A DNA stretch of 64,000 nucleotides from Amoebidium appalachense (GCA_963693365.1 CAVNZM010000001.1:4232907-4296906), one strand, 5' to 3'; counted from the stretch's first letter, positions 1 through 31,397 are shown. Notes: generated by a model not told the origin, from the sequence alone. Program-made: numbers and translations.

Positions 1-101
1 GGGGGGGGGGGGGGGGGGGGGGGGCAAGCGTATACTTCTTTTCTCAAGGGGATCAAACTAAGAGGGTCTAACACATTATTTCCTCAATGCACACACATGC
101 C

Positions 102-168
<67 letters not shown>

Positions 169-169
<1 letters not shown>

Positions 170-288
170 GGATGTACATCATCCCTGCCATGTTCCTGTT
201 CAACACTCTGACCAGCCAGCAAGGTCAGCAGCAGCAGGAGGGAGGCCAGCCCCAACAGGGTGGTGGCAGGAGAGCCCAGGCACAATAG
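169..288 (+). CDS. EMC10: ER membrane protein complex subunit 10-like, last exon (gene begins upstream of the window)
   Basis: After a (CA)n-CAG acceptor the frame reads WMYIIPAMFLFNTLTSQQGQQQQEGGQPQQGGGRRAQAQ*. This matches the recalled EMC10 C-terminus (YWMYIIP transmembrane segment followed by a Gly/Gln-rich tail). Confidence 0.75.
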
Positions 289-357
289 GATGCCATGAAT
301 CTATGACTAGACCCAGCCGAGTTTTTCTTTCTTTCATTCTTTTTTTTTTTTTTTTTT

Positions 358-425
<68 letters not shown>

Positions 426-857
426 GGGGGGGGGGATATGATGTGTGATACATTATTACCACATGATGACATAGTTGGGCGCATTGATTGAGTGATGGCA
501 GGGATTTTGATGCAGTTAGTTAAACTTTGCCCATTTCACCAAATGTCGTCTGTGATTTCCCAGTGCTTGATTGATATAGTCGTGTTGCCGTGTACATGCA
601 ACAGCAAGCTGGCATGGTGACCGGTTGGACAGCAGTTTTGCTGGGTATGCCAGCAAAGCACAAATACGATACGTGACATATTTATGGTTCACACGTGCCC
701 AGGTTGGGCTACGTGCGACCTTCTCTGTTTTTCTTTTAAATGTTGGCTTTGATGTGCTTGGTTTTCAGCTGAAATAATGAAAATAAAAACCAACCATAGA
801 TAAATTACATGTTTCATTCGGAGCTCAGGTGCTGAATTAATCAATCGTGTGCATTCT

Positions 858-891
<34 letters not shown>

Positions 892-897
892 ATAATT

Positions 898-978
898 TGC
901 ATACTCTTTCTGTATGGTTTGCATTCTGCATCGTGTTATCCGTTGTTCTTGTGTCTTCATACTTTATGACGCATTCAA
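898..978 (+). mobile_element. Highly degenerate copy or relative of the dispersed element
   Basis: TGCATACT...GTTTGCATTCTGCAT...CGCATTCAA followed by a C run, lying between two poly(C) tracts. Confidence 0.45.
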
Positions 979-1245
979 CCCCCAACCCCCCCCCCCCCTC
1001 CCCCCTCTCCCCCTTACCCCCCCCCCCCCCCCCCACCCACCCACAACTGTCCCTGCGTGCAAATATGTATGCACCTACAGGCGCCCATACGCGCTTCCCA
1101 TATGCCACAGGCCTTGCACAAATGCATGCACGGACCCACACTGCCACGTGCACACACAAAAAGAGAGCTATATTAGAGAGACAGCATACAACGAACATAC
1201 ACATGCACACACATGTCCATATGCATGTGTCAGCTCATGCCGAGT

Positions 1246-1315
<70 letters not shown>

Positions 1316-2082
1316 GTCACACACACACACGTTTCAGATACACACACACACACAAACCAACAACAACAACAACAAAAAAAAAGGGGGGGGGGGGGAGGTG
1401 GCGCGGGGACCCAACTGATCGATTATCTTAAATTCTCAATTTGCCTCCTATTGCCATAGCCGAAGAAAGTGTCTTATATAGACAACAGCAGATATCCGTA
1501 CGTACCTGATATACTACTAAGGGGATATACCGAGCAAAATTTCCCCCTAAACCTGAGACCAGTCTCTGTACATGTGCCTCGAGCAAACAGCTTAAACCCC
1601 TCCCTACCATAAAATACACCCACGGCCAGCTCGAATACAGCACACAATGATTGGTCCTACATCGGCACGGGTGTGTGTAATATTGTAACATCAGTGTGTG
1701 CTTTCAACTATATGCCATCCAGATTCCAGGACAAACAAACAACACAAGCATTGGCATAAACTATAGGGGTTTTATGCAACAAAGAGATGAGAAATCCATA
1801 CAGTATATATAGGATTCAATCTGCAGTCCAGACACTACCCAAAACTTTGCATTTCTACACACCTAACAAGAGTACATTATCCAGGCGCGGTCATTACCAC
1901 ACCGCAGTTAAGATGTTAAGAATACCTAATTACACCTCCATTAGACTCCCAAAGGGCAAAATCAAAGTCATGAGGTTTAATTGTGGGGGAAAAAAAGAGG
2001 GAAAAAGAGAGAGAGAGAGAAAGAAAGAGAGAGAGAAAAAAAACTTGCAGGCTCCCGATCCAATTAGGAAAAGACCTGATAC

Positions 2083-3646
2083 TCAAAATACCTTAAAACA
2101 TTCTGCGGCCACACCCCCGGTGGTCAGAAAATCTTCCAGGATATCCATCTTTGTGCCGCAGCATCCAATGTCCTCGATCTCTTGCAGCAGCACCAATCGG
2201 TAAGCCGATTGCATCGCCACGGCATACTGAAATTCATCGAGATCGATCTCGCGATCCTTTATGACGTCGTCGAATTCCTCCAACCCAAACCTAAATTCCT
2301 TCACGCAAACTACCGATCCGTAAAACGCCTGGACGGATCTGTCGATTGCGTATTCGATTGCCATGGACATCATCATGTTAATGTACCCGTCGTTTATATC
2401 ATCGTCCTCATATTGACCGTAACATAAATAGTGGAATTCCGAATCGTCGACCGGATGGTAGACTAGGGAGCGTGCAATCTGTGTGTGAGGGTAGGGAGTG
2501 GGTGAGTGTGTGTGAGTGTGTTGGGGGAGAGGGGGGGGGGGGGGGGGAGGGGGGGGGGGGGAGTTCATTCATTGCGTGTGCGGTGGGGAAAAAGGGAAAC
2601 GATGTTGTGTGTGCTTGGGTGCATTTATTTGCGGTTACCAGCCCTCCCATCAATGCACGATAAATGATAGAGCTTACACGGTATAGTGCAAGTTGAGGGT
2701 TCGAGGCCCGAGCAAAAACATAAACACAGGAACATCATGCAATGTGGGTGTAGTTGCAAGAAAATGTGGGGGGTTTGGCAGGTAAATGTGTGGAACGGGT
2801 TGCTGCATGGTAGGGAGAGAGAATGAGGAAGCCAGAGGAGAGGGAGGGGGGGGGGGGAGGGGGGGAGGGGGGTAGAGGGGAGGAAAGGTAGGGGACGGAG
2901 GTTGGGGGTGGGGGCTGGGGGGGGGGGGGTTTGAATGCGGAACACAGTACGAAGTACGCATAGACGATGAGAAGCATGATGCAGGACACATGCAAAGGCA
3001 AACATTCAAGTATGCAGCATCAGCCATGCGCACAGTATGCGTCATAAGCAGAGCCCATCCTCAGGGAGGGCCCAAGTCATCAATTGCGTCTGAGTTTCGA
3101 CCCCTTAGCCCGCGTATATACGACGCTCCAACTCAGACAGCAGCATCAACTGAACTTGGGTGGGTCAACCCGTCTTGATCAAAGACGAGCAGGGTTGCTT
3201 ATGCAAGCAAGGTGAGCAAAACGGTGAAGATGTGTGTGCAAACTAATGCAGTGCAGCGACAAACGCGTATGTGCTTACAGATGCACGACACAGAGCAACC
3301 ATGCCCGGTTGCATGGAAGTAAAGATGTCGGGGGGGAGGGTGGGGGGAAGGAGGGAGGGAGGGAGGGAGGGAAGGGAGGAGGAAGAGTGGGGGGGGGGGG
3401 AGGATATGTGTACACCGCACACACAACGAGGGTGCAAACACAATGCAAACAACAGAGAACAAAAATCCCTTCTTGTGGCATGAAACCCAAAATAAACGTA
3501 GAACCGCCTCACTCGTGTTTAACAGATCTTCAACGGTCTGCAACTGAGCGCATGCACGTGAGCAGGCAGATAGTTAGTGCTCTGGATAGGCTTGGGGTGA
3601 GGTGGTGTAGGCGTGTGCCTGTGTTTTGGGCAAGGGGAGGGGGCAG

Positions 3647-3677
<31 letters not shown>

Positions 3678-4523
3678 AATTCAAATGCAAGCACCCATAC
3701 GAATTGCAACAACACAACCAAAAACACTGTGCAAAATACACACCAAACACACAAAGCATGCAACACAATGCAAACACACCGTTTTGACGTCGCAGCCAAG
3801 CAATTTGGCCACTGCGGCCATTCTATCCTTTTCATTGATGCTGGGGCCTAGATCCACATGGCGGGCCTTCACCTTTTGGCCCGAATACTCCTCACGATCA
3901 ATAATCACTGCATCTTTAAGTGTACCATCCCCCTTTTTAATTGGTTGTTTGGTGTTGGTCCCCGTTCCCTTGGCTTTTTGCATGCATTTGGCCGCTAAAT
4001 CGCACGGGAGCTTGCCTGGCGGGGGGATTGTGATGGTTAAGGTGGGCTTGGTTCCTTTTTTGGTAGTGCTGGTGGCGCTAGACAACTTTTTAGGTGAAGA
4101 ACTAGGGGACGTAGTGGTTGGTTTGGTCTGGGTGGATGAGGGGTTTGCCTTTTTTGGTTGGTTTTCCACCACTTTCGATGCTGGTGCTACGGGCTCATGG
4201 GATGGTGACTTTGATGGAATGAATAGGGGCGATGTGATAGCAGTGGTGTCAGTGGTGGTTATCGACTTTGCCGAAGTGGTCACGTGACTGGTCGATGATG
4301 ATTGGCTAGAAGCGCTGGTGGTTGCAGCAGCTGCCGCAACGTATTGGGCGGTGGTCACTGTGACACTGCACACTGGTTCGATTTGATTGGACGAGGGGGC
4401 CAGCCATGAACCAATCACAGGCAGGTGCGGGGCCACGGCCTGAAGCAGGCAAATGAAGAAGGCCACGAGGAAGGCCTGCACGACAAGCTGCACGGTCAGC
4501 CCGTAGGGGGATGACGGGATAGC

Positions 4524-4589
<66 letters not shown>

Positions 4590-4617
4590 AGAAGGGGATG
4601 CTGGGGTAGCCTGTGTG

Positions 4618-4660
<43 letters not shown>

Positions 4661-5562
4661 GCGTGTGTGCGTGTGTGCGTGTTTGTGGGTGTGTGCCCGC
4701 GAGCGTGTGTGTGTTTGTGTGTGTGCGTGCGTGTGTGGTTGCGTGTGCGGGCGCACATGTGCCTGCATGCTTGCTTGCGTGAGCATGTATGCTGCCTTGC
4801 GCCTATCTGTGTGTGTGCATGTGCGTGTGCGTGGTTTAATGTGTGCGTGTGGTGTTTGGCACATGTATGTGGGGGGGTAGAGGGAGCGGAGGGAGGGAGG
4901 GAGGGAGGGAGAGAGGAGGGAGAGAAGGGGGGGACCGGGGGGGGGGGGGGAGGGGGAGATGCGGGAGGGGGGGGAAAGGGGAAGAGGGGCAGAGGCCGAG
5001 AGGGGGAGAGAGGGCAAGAAAAAGAGGGAGACAGGGAGAAAGGGAGAAGGAGAGCGAGGGAGGAGAGAGGGAGGGAGGGAGAGAGGGAGAAAGACGAGAG
5101 AAGCAGAGAGGGAGCGGAGGGGGGTGGGGGGTTGGGGGGTTGGAGAGAGAGAGTGTGTGTGTGTCTGTATTTGCACATATCAATGCTGCGCGTGCATATG
5201 GATGAGTGCAGATGAATTTAAGTGGAAGGATTGGTTGGTGTTGTTATGATTGGGCTCGTGTTTAAGTATGTCTGTCGTATAAGGAAAATGTTTGGCCCCA
5301 TTCCTTCTCTCTGTGTGTGTTGGTCGTGTGTGCTTGTGTGTGTGTATGTGCAGTGCGTGTGTGTGTATGCGTATGAGCCCGGGGGGAGGGGGGGGGGGAA
5401 GGGGGGGGGTTCTGGACACTGTGATTTGTGCCTTTAATTCTGTAAATGTGTCTGTTGGTGGGGCTTTATGACTGTGTGTGTGTGCGTGTGTGTGTGCGCG
5501 TCGCGCATGTGTGCATACTAGGGTGCATGCTTGCGTGCGTGCATGTGTGTCAGGTGTGTCAA

Positions 5563-5638
<76 letters not shown>

Positions 5639-6036
5639 GTGTGCATGCTAGGATTTATGCATACGTGTTTGCATGAGTGTCAGGTGTGTCAACAGTGTGT
5701 GTGTGTGTGTGTGTGTTCGTGTGTGTGTGTGTGTGTGCGTGTGTGTGTGTGTGAGGCGTACCGCCTTTACCATCTCTCTCTTTGTGCACGTTTGTATGCG
5801 GCCATTATGGTATGGAACATTTTTACTCTCTCAATCTGTATGTGTGTGTGGTGTACGAATTGTGTGCATGGGTGTGTTTCTGTGCGCTCGGTGCGTGTGT
5901 GTTGTATTAAAAGCGTGTGTATGATTATGTGTGTGCCACTGCATGTGTGCGTGCCTGGGTTGACGTTTTCTTATATCTGCCTTTCGTTGGCAAGGTTGAG
6001 AAGAGTGTGGATGTCCAGCGAGAAGGTGGGAGGGGG

Positions 6037-6078
<42 letters not shown>

Positions 6079-6558
6079 CTGCTTTGGATCCTCCAACTTG
6101 GGCGACGTGGGCGCGTGGGTAGGTGTTGGGGGGAGAGGGGATGGGCAGGGATGTTGGGGGGGGGGGGATGGGAGGGGGGGGGGGGAAGGGGGGGGGGGGA
6201 AGGCAATAGAAGCGAAAGACGAGGATGAGAGAGTGTACCTCTGTGGGTGGTCTTTGGCTTCTTCCTTCGTATCTGAGAGCTCCTTCTCCACCTGCTCCGT
6301 AATCCTCACAGTTCCAAACGCCTTTCTTTCCTTTTTGGGCCTCCCATCCTCCTCAACTACACACTGCAGCTTGTGTTCTGGAAAGTGGTCTCTCTGGCAC
6401 TCGGCACTGCAATAGCGCACAAGCCGGCAACGCGCACACTTCTTGGTGGCTACCTTGTCGCAGGTCTCGCTTGCGCAAACCTTCTCTGAACGAGCCTTTG
6501 CATTATGATCATGTTGTGTGTTGGGCGTAGAGGACGAAGGGCCCGAGCCCTTCCTCAT
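2083..6558 (-). CDS. MYND-type zinc finger protein with a putative transmembrane helix, Ser/Thr-rich stalk and acidic C-terminal domain (multi-exon)
   Basis: Exon 1 (6558 to ~6239) encodes [39 protein letters not shown], a canonical zf-MYND. Further phase-compatible exons lie at 4610-3780 (hydrophobic [20 protein letters not shown]), ~3537-3505 and 2478-2083. Small exons between ~5980 and 5200 are uncertain, and joining all pieces into one gene is inference. Confidence 0.65.
2930..3324 (-). mobile_element. Poly(C)-associated dispersed element, apparently full length (~395 bp)
   Basis: Near-identical to copies at 39913-40296 and 51484-51850. On the minus strand it runs CTTTACTTCC...CCGCATTCAAA followed by poly(C). 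Intronic in the MYND gene. Confidence 0.85.
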
Positions 6559-6857
6559 CTTCACTCTAGCGTTAGCGTGCACAAGAGCTCACCGTGCCAC
6601 CGGGTGCATACTGCTTCGTTGTCAGGCAGAGGTCTGCCACCTACTGAGATGGCTCCTTATTTTTCCTTAAACATTCAGCGAACACTGCACTCTATCGAAC
6701 CGTCGAGGCGCCGCGACAGAAAGCATGCACGCGGTCGCGAGAGTGTAAGGAAAAATCGAAATCGCCTGCAGCGAACGTAAAGTTCATCGCAGCGCTTGCA
6801 CACCGTCAATACGTGTGAGGGCAGAGGTACTGCAAGCAGATGCAAGCATATGCGCGC

Positions 6858-6967
6858 GCCAATATTATATTCCGACCAATCAGACGTAGGTTCTGACGTA
6901 GGTAGCCTAAAGCGCGCTTACATTCTTCTAAAAGATCCGTCTTTTGGCAGAGTACTTTATGACGTCA
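6858..6967. promoter_or_regulatory. Putative promoter of the MYND gene: CCAAT boxes and CRE sites
   Basis: Two CCAAT (~6859, ~6876), TGACGT (~6894) and a perfect TGACGTCA (6960-6967), about 300-400 bp upstream of the start codon in microsatellite-free DNA. Confidence 0.5.
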
Positions 6968-7867
6968 TTTAGGGTGATCAGGACTACAGGCACCCTCCAC
7001 GTTTACTTATAGGTAGCCTTGACTGCAGTACCAGTCACACTGACCATATGATCTCGACCTAATTAGGCATGTACATACTCCGTCCTAGACTGTAGCTACG
7101 TATCCGTCCTACATACTCGGGTTCTAGGGAAGCTAAACAAGCGTCAAGACGGTTGTCAAAGTGAGCAAGTGTTGAACATGTGCACCCCGGGTGCACCCAC
7201 CATCATCCATCCATGACAATGGCTGGTGTATGTCATATATATGCACATGGGATGATCTCCGGGGCTGGGGCCAGCTGCAGGCCAAGATGTGGAGACACAG
7301 GCGAACGGGAAGGGGAGGAGGGCGGAAGGGAATGAGGGAGTAACGAGGACATCATATGCTGCGCTAGCTATCGGTCACGCTAGAACGACGTCTTCCCACT
7401 CTATTTTCAGGCGCCTGGCACACAAGGCCACATGTGTGCATATGCCCTGGTTGGCCGTGCCCAGCATGCAGCCGTCTGCCGTATATGCAGCCCTTCACGG
7501 CGTGGCACCATGCACTGTGTCTTTTTTATTGAAGCCCGGGCAACCCCATCGCATTATATATACACAGGCAAGGACTCTGCCAACCAAAAAAAAAAAGCTT
7601 GGTGACTTAAGGACCGGGGGTACTTGAAAAGAAGTAGAATACACTACTGCTAATTCGCTCAACCTTTGGGGTCAAGCTGGGATTGCAAGGTAGAAAAATA
7701 GAGCCTTACAATCAACTAGTGACTGTACATACATACTATACAAATCTAATCATTATACTGCACGGACAATATGCTTCAGCATTAAAATACTATGGGGAAT
7801 CAGATGTCCCAATTATTCGCCGTGTCTTAATCGGAAGCGGTGTGGCAAACGACGGGCAGTGCACGTT

Positions 7868-16863
<8,996 letters not shown>

Positions 16864-17930
16864 GTTGGATTGAATCCTAGGAGGTAGAGTGGGAAGGAAG
16901 GGTGTTGTGGGTAGCTTTCGAAAATGAAATTAGGTGGTTCGTGGATGTTGGGGCCACTCTATGTACTCTTTAGTACTCCCTAGGGTAAAGAAGTGTGTAG
17001 AATATGAAGCGCTACTGTACAGGAGGAGAAAAACATGCGGAGCTGATGTCAGTTTTCTTTTGTATTTTTGTGGCTCATGGAAAAGTGAACCAATCAAGAG
17101 AAAGAATAGAATCTCTCTCTACTACAGTGTGGACTCCTAGCTAGAATTACGTCAACCAAGATGCTCATGAGCAACCTTTGATTTCTGTATTTAATGAGCT
17201 AAGCATAACCCAAGGGACAGCTAAAACCTTAAATATAAATATTATTGTTTTTGGTGTATAGGGTGCTTATAAATTATTTATTAGTCCTACTAAGTAGCAT
17301 CCTGTTCTTTTTCGATGTGCTTGCATATTTGCAAAAACAGGTATGGGGTGAAAAGCCAGTGCTTGATCCAGATCACCGGCCCAAGCCGCCCGAACTTGGC
17401 GTGGCGTGGTGCCGACGCCTGTGTCTGTCTTTGGAACGAGCTCTGTCAGCCTCTGTGGGACTAATATTAGTATTCAGAGCTTTTATTAGTTTGTTAATTA
17501 CTGTTAGGTTGTTAATTTGTGCCAAAATTTTGAGTCACTGGTAGCAACTGCTTTAAGTTTGCGAATTTGAGCAATACACGGAGTCGTCTTCATCTCGCTC
17601 TCTGATGCAAAAAGTGTAACTATTTTATTCATCACTACAATTCGCTTGAAGCCAAACCCTGGTGCTCATAGGTTTTCGGCTTTAAAATTCCCTTTCTTAC
17701 TCCACCACCTCTTGACCAACTCCATCTTCTTTTTCCGCTCCCCTCCCTCTTTTCTTCCCCTTTCCCCACTCTCTGCCTCAAAGCTCTCTCCTCTCTCTCC
17801 CCCTCCCTCCCCTTCCCCCCTTCCCCCCGCCCCCCCAACCCCACTCCTTTCCCCACCATACCCACTTCGCTCTCTGTACAGCTCTTTCTCTCTCTGCCTC
17901 TTTTCTGAGTCCACACCCACCCACGTCACC
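16864..17930. promoter_or_regulatory. Bidirectional promoter region between the amidohydrolase and the amidase
   Basis: 1067-bp AT-richer gap between divergent start codons, with CCAAT (~17090) and CRE-like TTACGTCA (17147-17154). Confidence 0.55.
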
Positions 17931-27565
<9,635 letters not shown>

Positions 27566-27576
27566 GTCTGTTGTCT

Positions 27577-27668
<92 letters not shown>

Positions 27669-28611
27669 GGGGGGGGCTGATCATGTAGTAGTGTATGTAG
27701 CGCATGAAAGAGCAGCAGTCGGTGCGGTGCGCAAGGTGGGGTGATACATATCGTGTAAATATGAGGAGTGACACTGTATGGTGAAGAAGTTGATGTGCAC
27801 CCCTTCTCAGTTGTTGCATGGCATCGTTTTTATGATTCTCCTGTCACAAGCCCCCTCCCTCGCACCAACCCAACCTTGCACCAGCTTCCCAGTCACCTTT
27901 TCTGGAGTTCTACTTTTTCCCTACTGTCTTTTTGGAGTCTTTTTAGAAGTCTAATTAGTAGTGTATCACACGCTGTGATGGTTTGAACGAATGATTTAGA
28001 CGAACACACTCATTCCTTTGCATATCAGTCAAAGTTAATAAAGGAATTCTGAAACGGAAATCTCATCCTGGATCAAAGCTTGTGCGGGTGGGTGGGGGCC
28101 AGGGATGAAGAGGTGAAAGTGTGGGTGGGTGCCACTGGGTGAATGGGTGTGTACGTGTGGGTGGTGGTGGTGCACGTGCTTGGGGAGGGGGGTGGTGGGG
28201 GGGAGGGGGGAGGGGGGCGGCGGGTGCGGGGGGAAGAGGGAGAGAGGCACTGCAAAATCATAGTGACGAAAAAAAAAAAAAAATAAAGGAAAGAAAGGAG
28301 GAGGGGGGGGGGGGGGGGGGGAGGGGGGGGGGGGGTTGGAACAGGAGAAAGCAACTGCAGGCGTGCACTGACGAAGCTGCAGTGAAGGGTTGAAGGTAGC
28401 ACAGAGTTGGGGGGAAGAGGAAACTCGAAGGCCTTGATTCCGATCCAATGTGGGCTGAGCCCGCCATTTCTGCATGGAGGACCAATCAAACACGACCTCC
28501 TTATCTGATTATTGGCTGCGTTGCCAACGGGTCGCGCTCCTGCCAGCCTCAGGCTGCCAGCTTCAGGAAGACCAATGCCTCAGGCTGCCCTGCCCGGCTG
28601 ACTAAATTGGG

Positions 28612-28765
28612 CGACTACAGAAAACCCACCCAAATACCCAAACCTAAACCCAGATTTCTTTATAATACATAGGCGTGCAGTGCGAAGCGGCGGTCATGCC
28701 GGATGCGTGACATCTGGGTTTAAAATCTAGGTTTGGGTTTTGGGTATTTGGGTGCGGTATAGCCG
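28612..28765. repeat. Imperfect inverted repeat (MITE-like or cruciform) upstream of the orphan ORF
   Basis: CACCCAAATACCCAAACCTAAACCCAGAT (28627-28655) is complementary, with two small indels, to ATCTGGGTTT...AGGTTTGG...GGGTATTTGGGTG (28712-28754). Confidence 0.7.
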
Positions 28766-28906
28766 TCCATTAGAGGCTTCCTTTCACTCCACTACAAAAA
28801 AAAACATCGGGTCTCGGAACACTATCAATCTGTTGTACATGCACACACACTCTATTCCACTTGTTTCTCCTCTCAATAGCTCCTGCTCTACTTTCATGCA
28901 TACAGA

Positions 28907-30148
28907 ATGGCTACTCCTGACATCCTTGCCCTGTTCAACTTCACCCAAAAGGAGCTGCTCGATGGTCTTAAAGACCCCATGCGTCCAGAAAGTGTAGGAC
29001 CAGCGGTGCTCAAAGGATTAACACACACTGACTTGAAAGCCCTGTCAAAATACACAGTAAGGGAAATTGTCGTGGGTTCCATGTCCATAAACAAGAGATA
29101 TTACACCGTATACGTTATCATCCTTCAGGATTCGCACACGTCCACCGAAGATGGCTCACACTCGTTCCGCATTTTGATAGGCCAACCACGTGGGGCTCAA
29201 GGAGGGAGGCTTAACGTTCCTGAGAAAAACAAGAGTTCTCTATTCACCGGGAAAATAGTGAGAAATGAGAGTGACAGAAGGAAGGATTTTGCACGGATGC
29301 TCTACGTGGGCGGCGCTGACCGTTTGGACATCTATGACTGCGATCACTTTCGAAAGGAACTAGAGAAACAGGGAAAACAAAAGATCACCCAGCCGGAGTT
29401 TCTCGAAAGCATCACTGTTGTTCGCACTGACCCGCATAGAATTAGTTACTCAAATGTCCGTAAGCCTCTCCATTACTTTCTCGACGTAAAATCGAACCCG
29501 AAACCTTTGCCCCCTTCTGCAGGTGACATTACGGCTGAGTCAGACAGAGAAAACGCAGGTTCGGACAGGGAAGGGGAAACAAGACACCAGGAAATGACGG
29601 CTACAGTGACAAACGTGCAGGCAAGATTGCAACACCAGTCCTCCAACGAGGAAGAGGGGGGAGGGAGACGGGACATGGGTGGTGAAAGGGAGAAGCGCAC
29701 TTTGGAAGGAGAGGGACGGGAGGCCGCTGGAGAGAGGAGTAAGAAAGGAAGGTATTGCGAGTGTGGGGATGCAAGTGAGACTGAGCCAAGAGAAAAGAAG
29801 GAAGGGAGGATCGAGGGAGAGGAGGTGGGCATGGAGCAGAATTTGGGTGGTGCGCTTGCGGAGGAGGAGCGGGAGGAAGAGGTTAGTGTTCGAGACGTGA
29901 ACCTGGAAGAAGAACTTCGCATGTTGTTGAGAAAAGTCGAACAAGCGAAAAAAGAGGAAAGTTTGACAATTGAAAGGGAAAGGAAGCAGAAACAGAAACA
30001 GAAGGAGGAATTGCAGAAGATGTTTCTTGCTCGAAAGAATGGTTTGGAGAAGTGGTTCTGGGAAAAGATGAGAAAATTTGAGCAAGAGTTTGAGACCAAG
30101 ATTGCTGAAGACGAACGCGAGTTTAATTTGTTTCTAGATGCACTGTAA
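28907..30148 (+). CDS. Intronless hypothetical protein, 413 aa (globular-looking N-terminal half, acidic linker, C-terminal coiled coil)
   Basis: A 1242-bp open frame from ATG to TAA with no microsatellites and ordinary amino-acid composition over residues 1-200. The C-terminus is an E/K/R-rich heptad-like region. CCAAT boxes lie upstream. No family recognised. Confidence 0.7.
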   Translation: MATPDILALFNFTQKELLDGLKDPMRPESVGPAVLKGLTHTDLKALSKYTVREIVVGSMSINKRYYTVYVIILQDSHTSTEDGSHSFRILIGQPRGAQGGRLNVPEKNKSSLFTGKIVRNESDRRKDFARMLYVGGADRLDIYDCDHFRKELEKQGKQKITQPEFLESITVVRTDPHRISYSNVRKPLHYFLDVKSNPKPLPPSAGDITAESDRENAGSDREGETRHQEMTATVTNVQARLQHQSSNEEEGGGRRDMGGEREKRTLEGEGREAAGERSKKGRYCECGDASETEPREKKEGRIEGEEVGMEQNLGGALAEEEREEEVSVRDVNLEEELRMLLRKVEQAKKEESLTIERERKQKQKQKEELQKMFLARKNGLEKWFWEKMRKFEQEFETKIAEDEREFNLFLDAL

Positions 30149-30668
30149 ATATTCTTTGAATCATGTATGCCTCTAATGCTTTTATGTGAAAGGAATTGTT
30201 GAATAGGTCGATATGAGGACTGGGATGAGGGAAGGAACAGGGAGGGAGGAAGAAGGGAGGGGGGGGGGGGGGGGAGGGGAGGGGAGGGGGGTTGTGAGTA
30301 GAGGGGTGTGCGCAGTATGTCTAGACGAGAGGCAATTATTTGTTAGGTAAAAAGCACAACCCGTGCTACATATGCACGCTGCCATGCTAGCTCTGACACT
30401 CACAGCACGAAACAAGTCACCTTTGCATGTGGAATTATTAGTTGTTCTTTTCATGCATGCAATCCTAGTGTTTTTGCATTCCATCATGCTATGCATGACA
30501 TTGAGTATGGTCAGCAGTGTTCAACATATTGAATGGCAGACTTTCTTTCTCTTGCTTTTTACGGCAACAAAATACATACATATATAGCTATCAGTGCACA
30601 TTTATTGTCGTTCCATACATTGTGATATGTTCAAATCCAGAAACAGTACAGCTTACCCCCCTCTCCCC

Positions 30669-30699
<31 letters not shown>

Positions 30700-31397
30700 A
30701 CATGTACACCCACCCACCCACCCACCCTCCCACCCTCCCACCCTCCCCCACCCCAATCCCCCTTCTACCACACACTGGCACAGACTGTGGTAAACGGTAC
30801 ACCACACCCACTCCTACACCTATACCCGCATTCGATATTACACACACCCACGCGTGGCGGACACACCCAGACCAAAGGCCAGCTGCATGCACAACAACAC
30901 AATATGGTCTTCTTTTTGCCAGCTAGCTCGTATGACAAAAAGATTGCTCTGGCTTCGACTGCGTCAAAAGCCAAGTTTTCATGCTCTGTTTAAATGCATT
31001 CCCCCCCTTCGAATTCCCCCTGCCCCCCCCCCCCCCCTCCCCCCCCCCCCTCCCCTCCCCTCGGCCGGCTCCCTCCCTCCCCCAACCCAGTGGCACCCAC
31101 CACCGCCTCCTCCTCCCCCTTCATGGCCATAAACCAAAAACAAGCTTAAGAAACTCTTTGAAAAAATTAAGGGGAAAAACCGACCACCAGACGCCACACC
31201 TTTGATCACTGGCCCCTCAACCCCCCAGCTACCACACATCCTCGCGCACATACTTATATACAGAAGGAGCGGCTCTGGCAGTCCACAACTCATCCGGCTT
31301 ACAAACAACAGAATCATTCTGCAAAAAGCAAATCATTCTGCTTTTGCCGAGCTTTAAGAATCGTTGAATTTCTGCTTTGAATCGCACCAAAACTGCA

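Noticed and set aside
2678-2710. Second possible CG acceptor (TTGCTCG|GGCCTC...T|gtaagc micro-exon)
   Set aside because: It is phase-compatible, but a fully canonical splice to the acceptor at 2479 works without it.
29473-30099. 208-aa minus-strand ORF
   Set aside because: Antisense shadow of the E/K-rich part of the 413-aa ORF.
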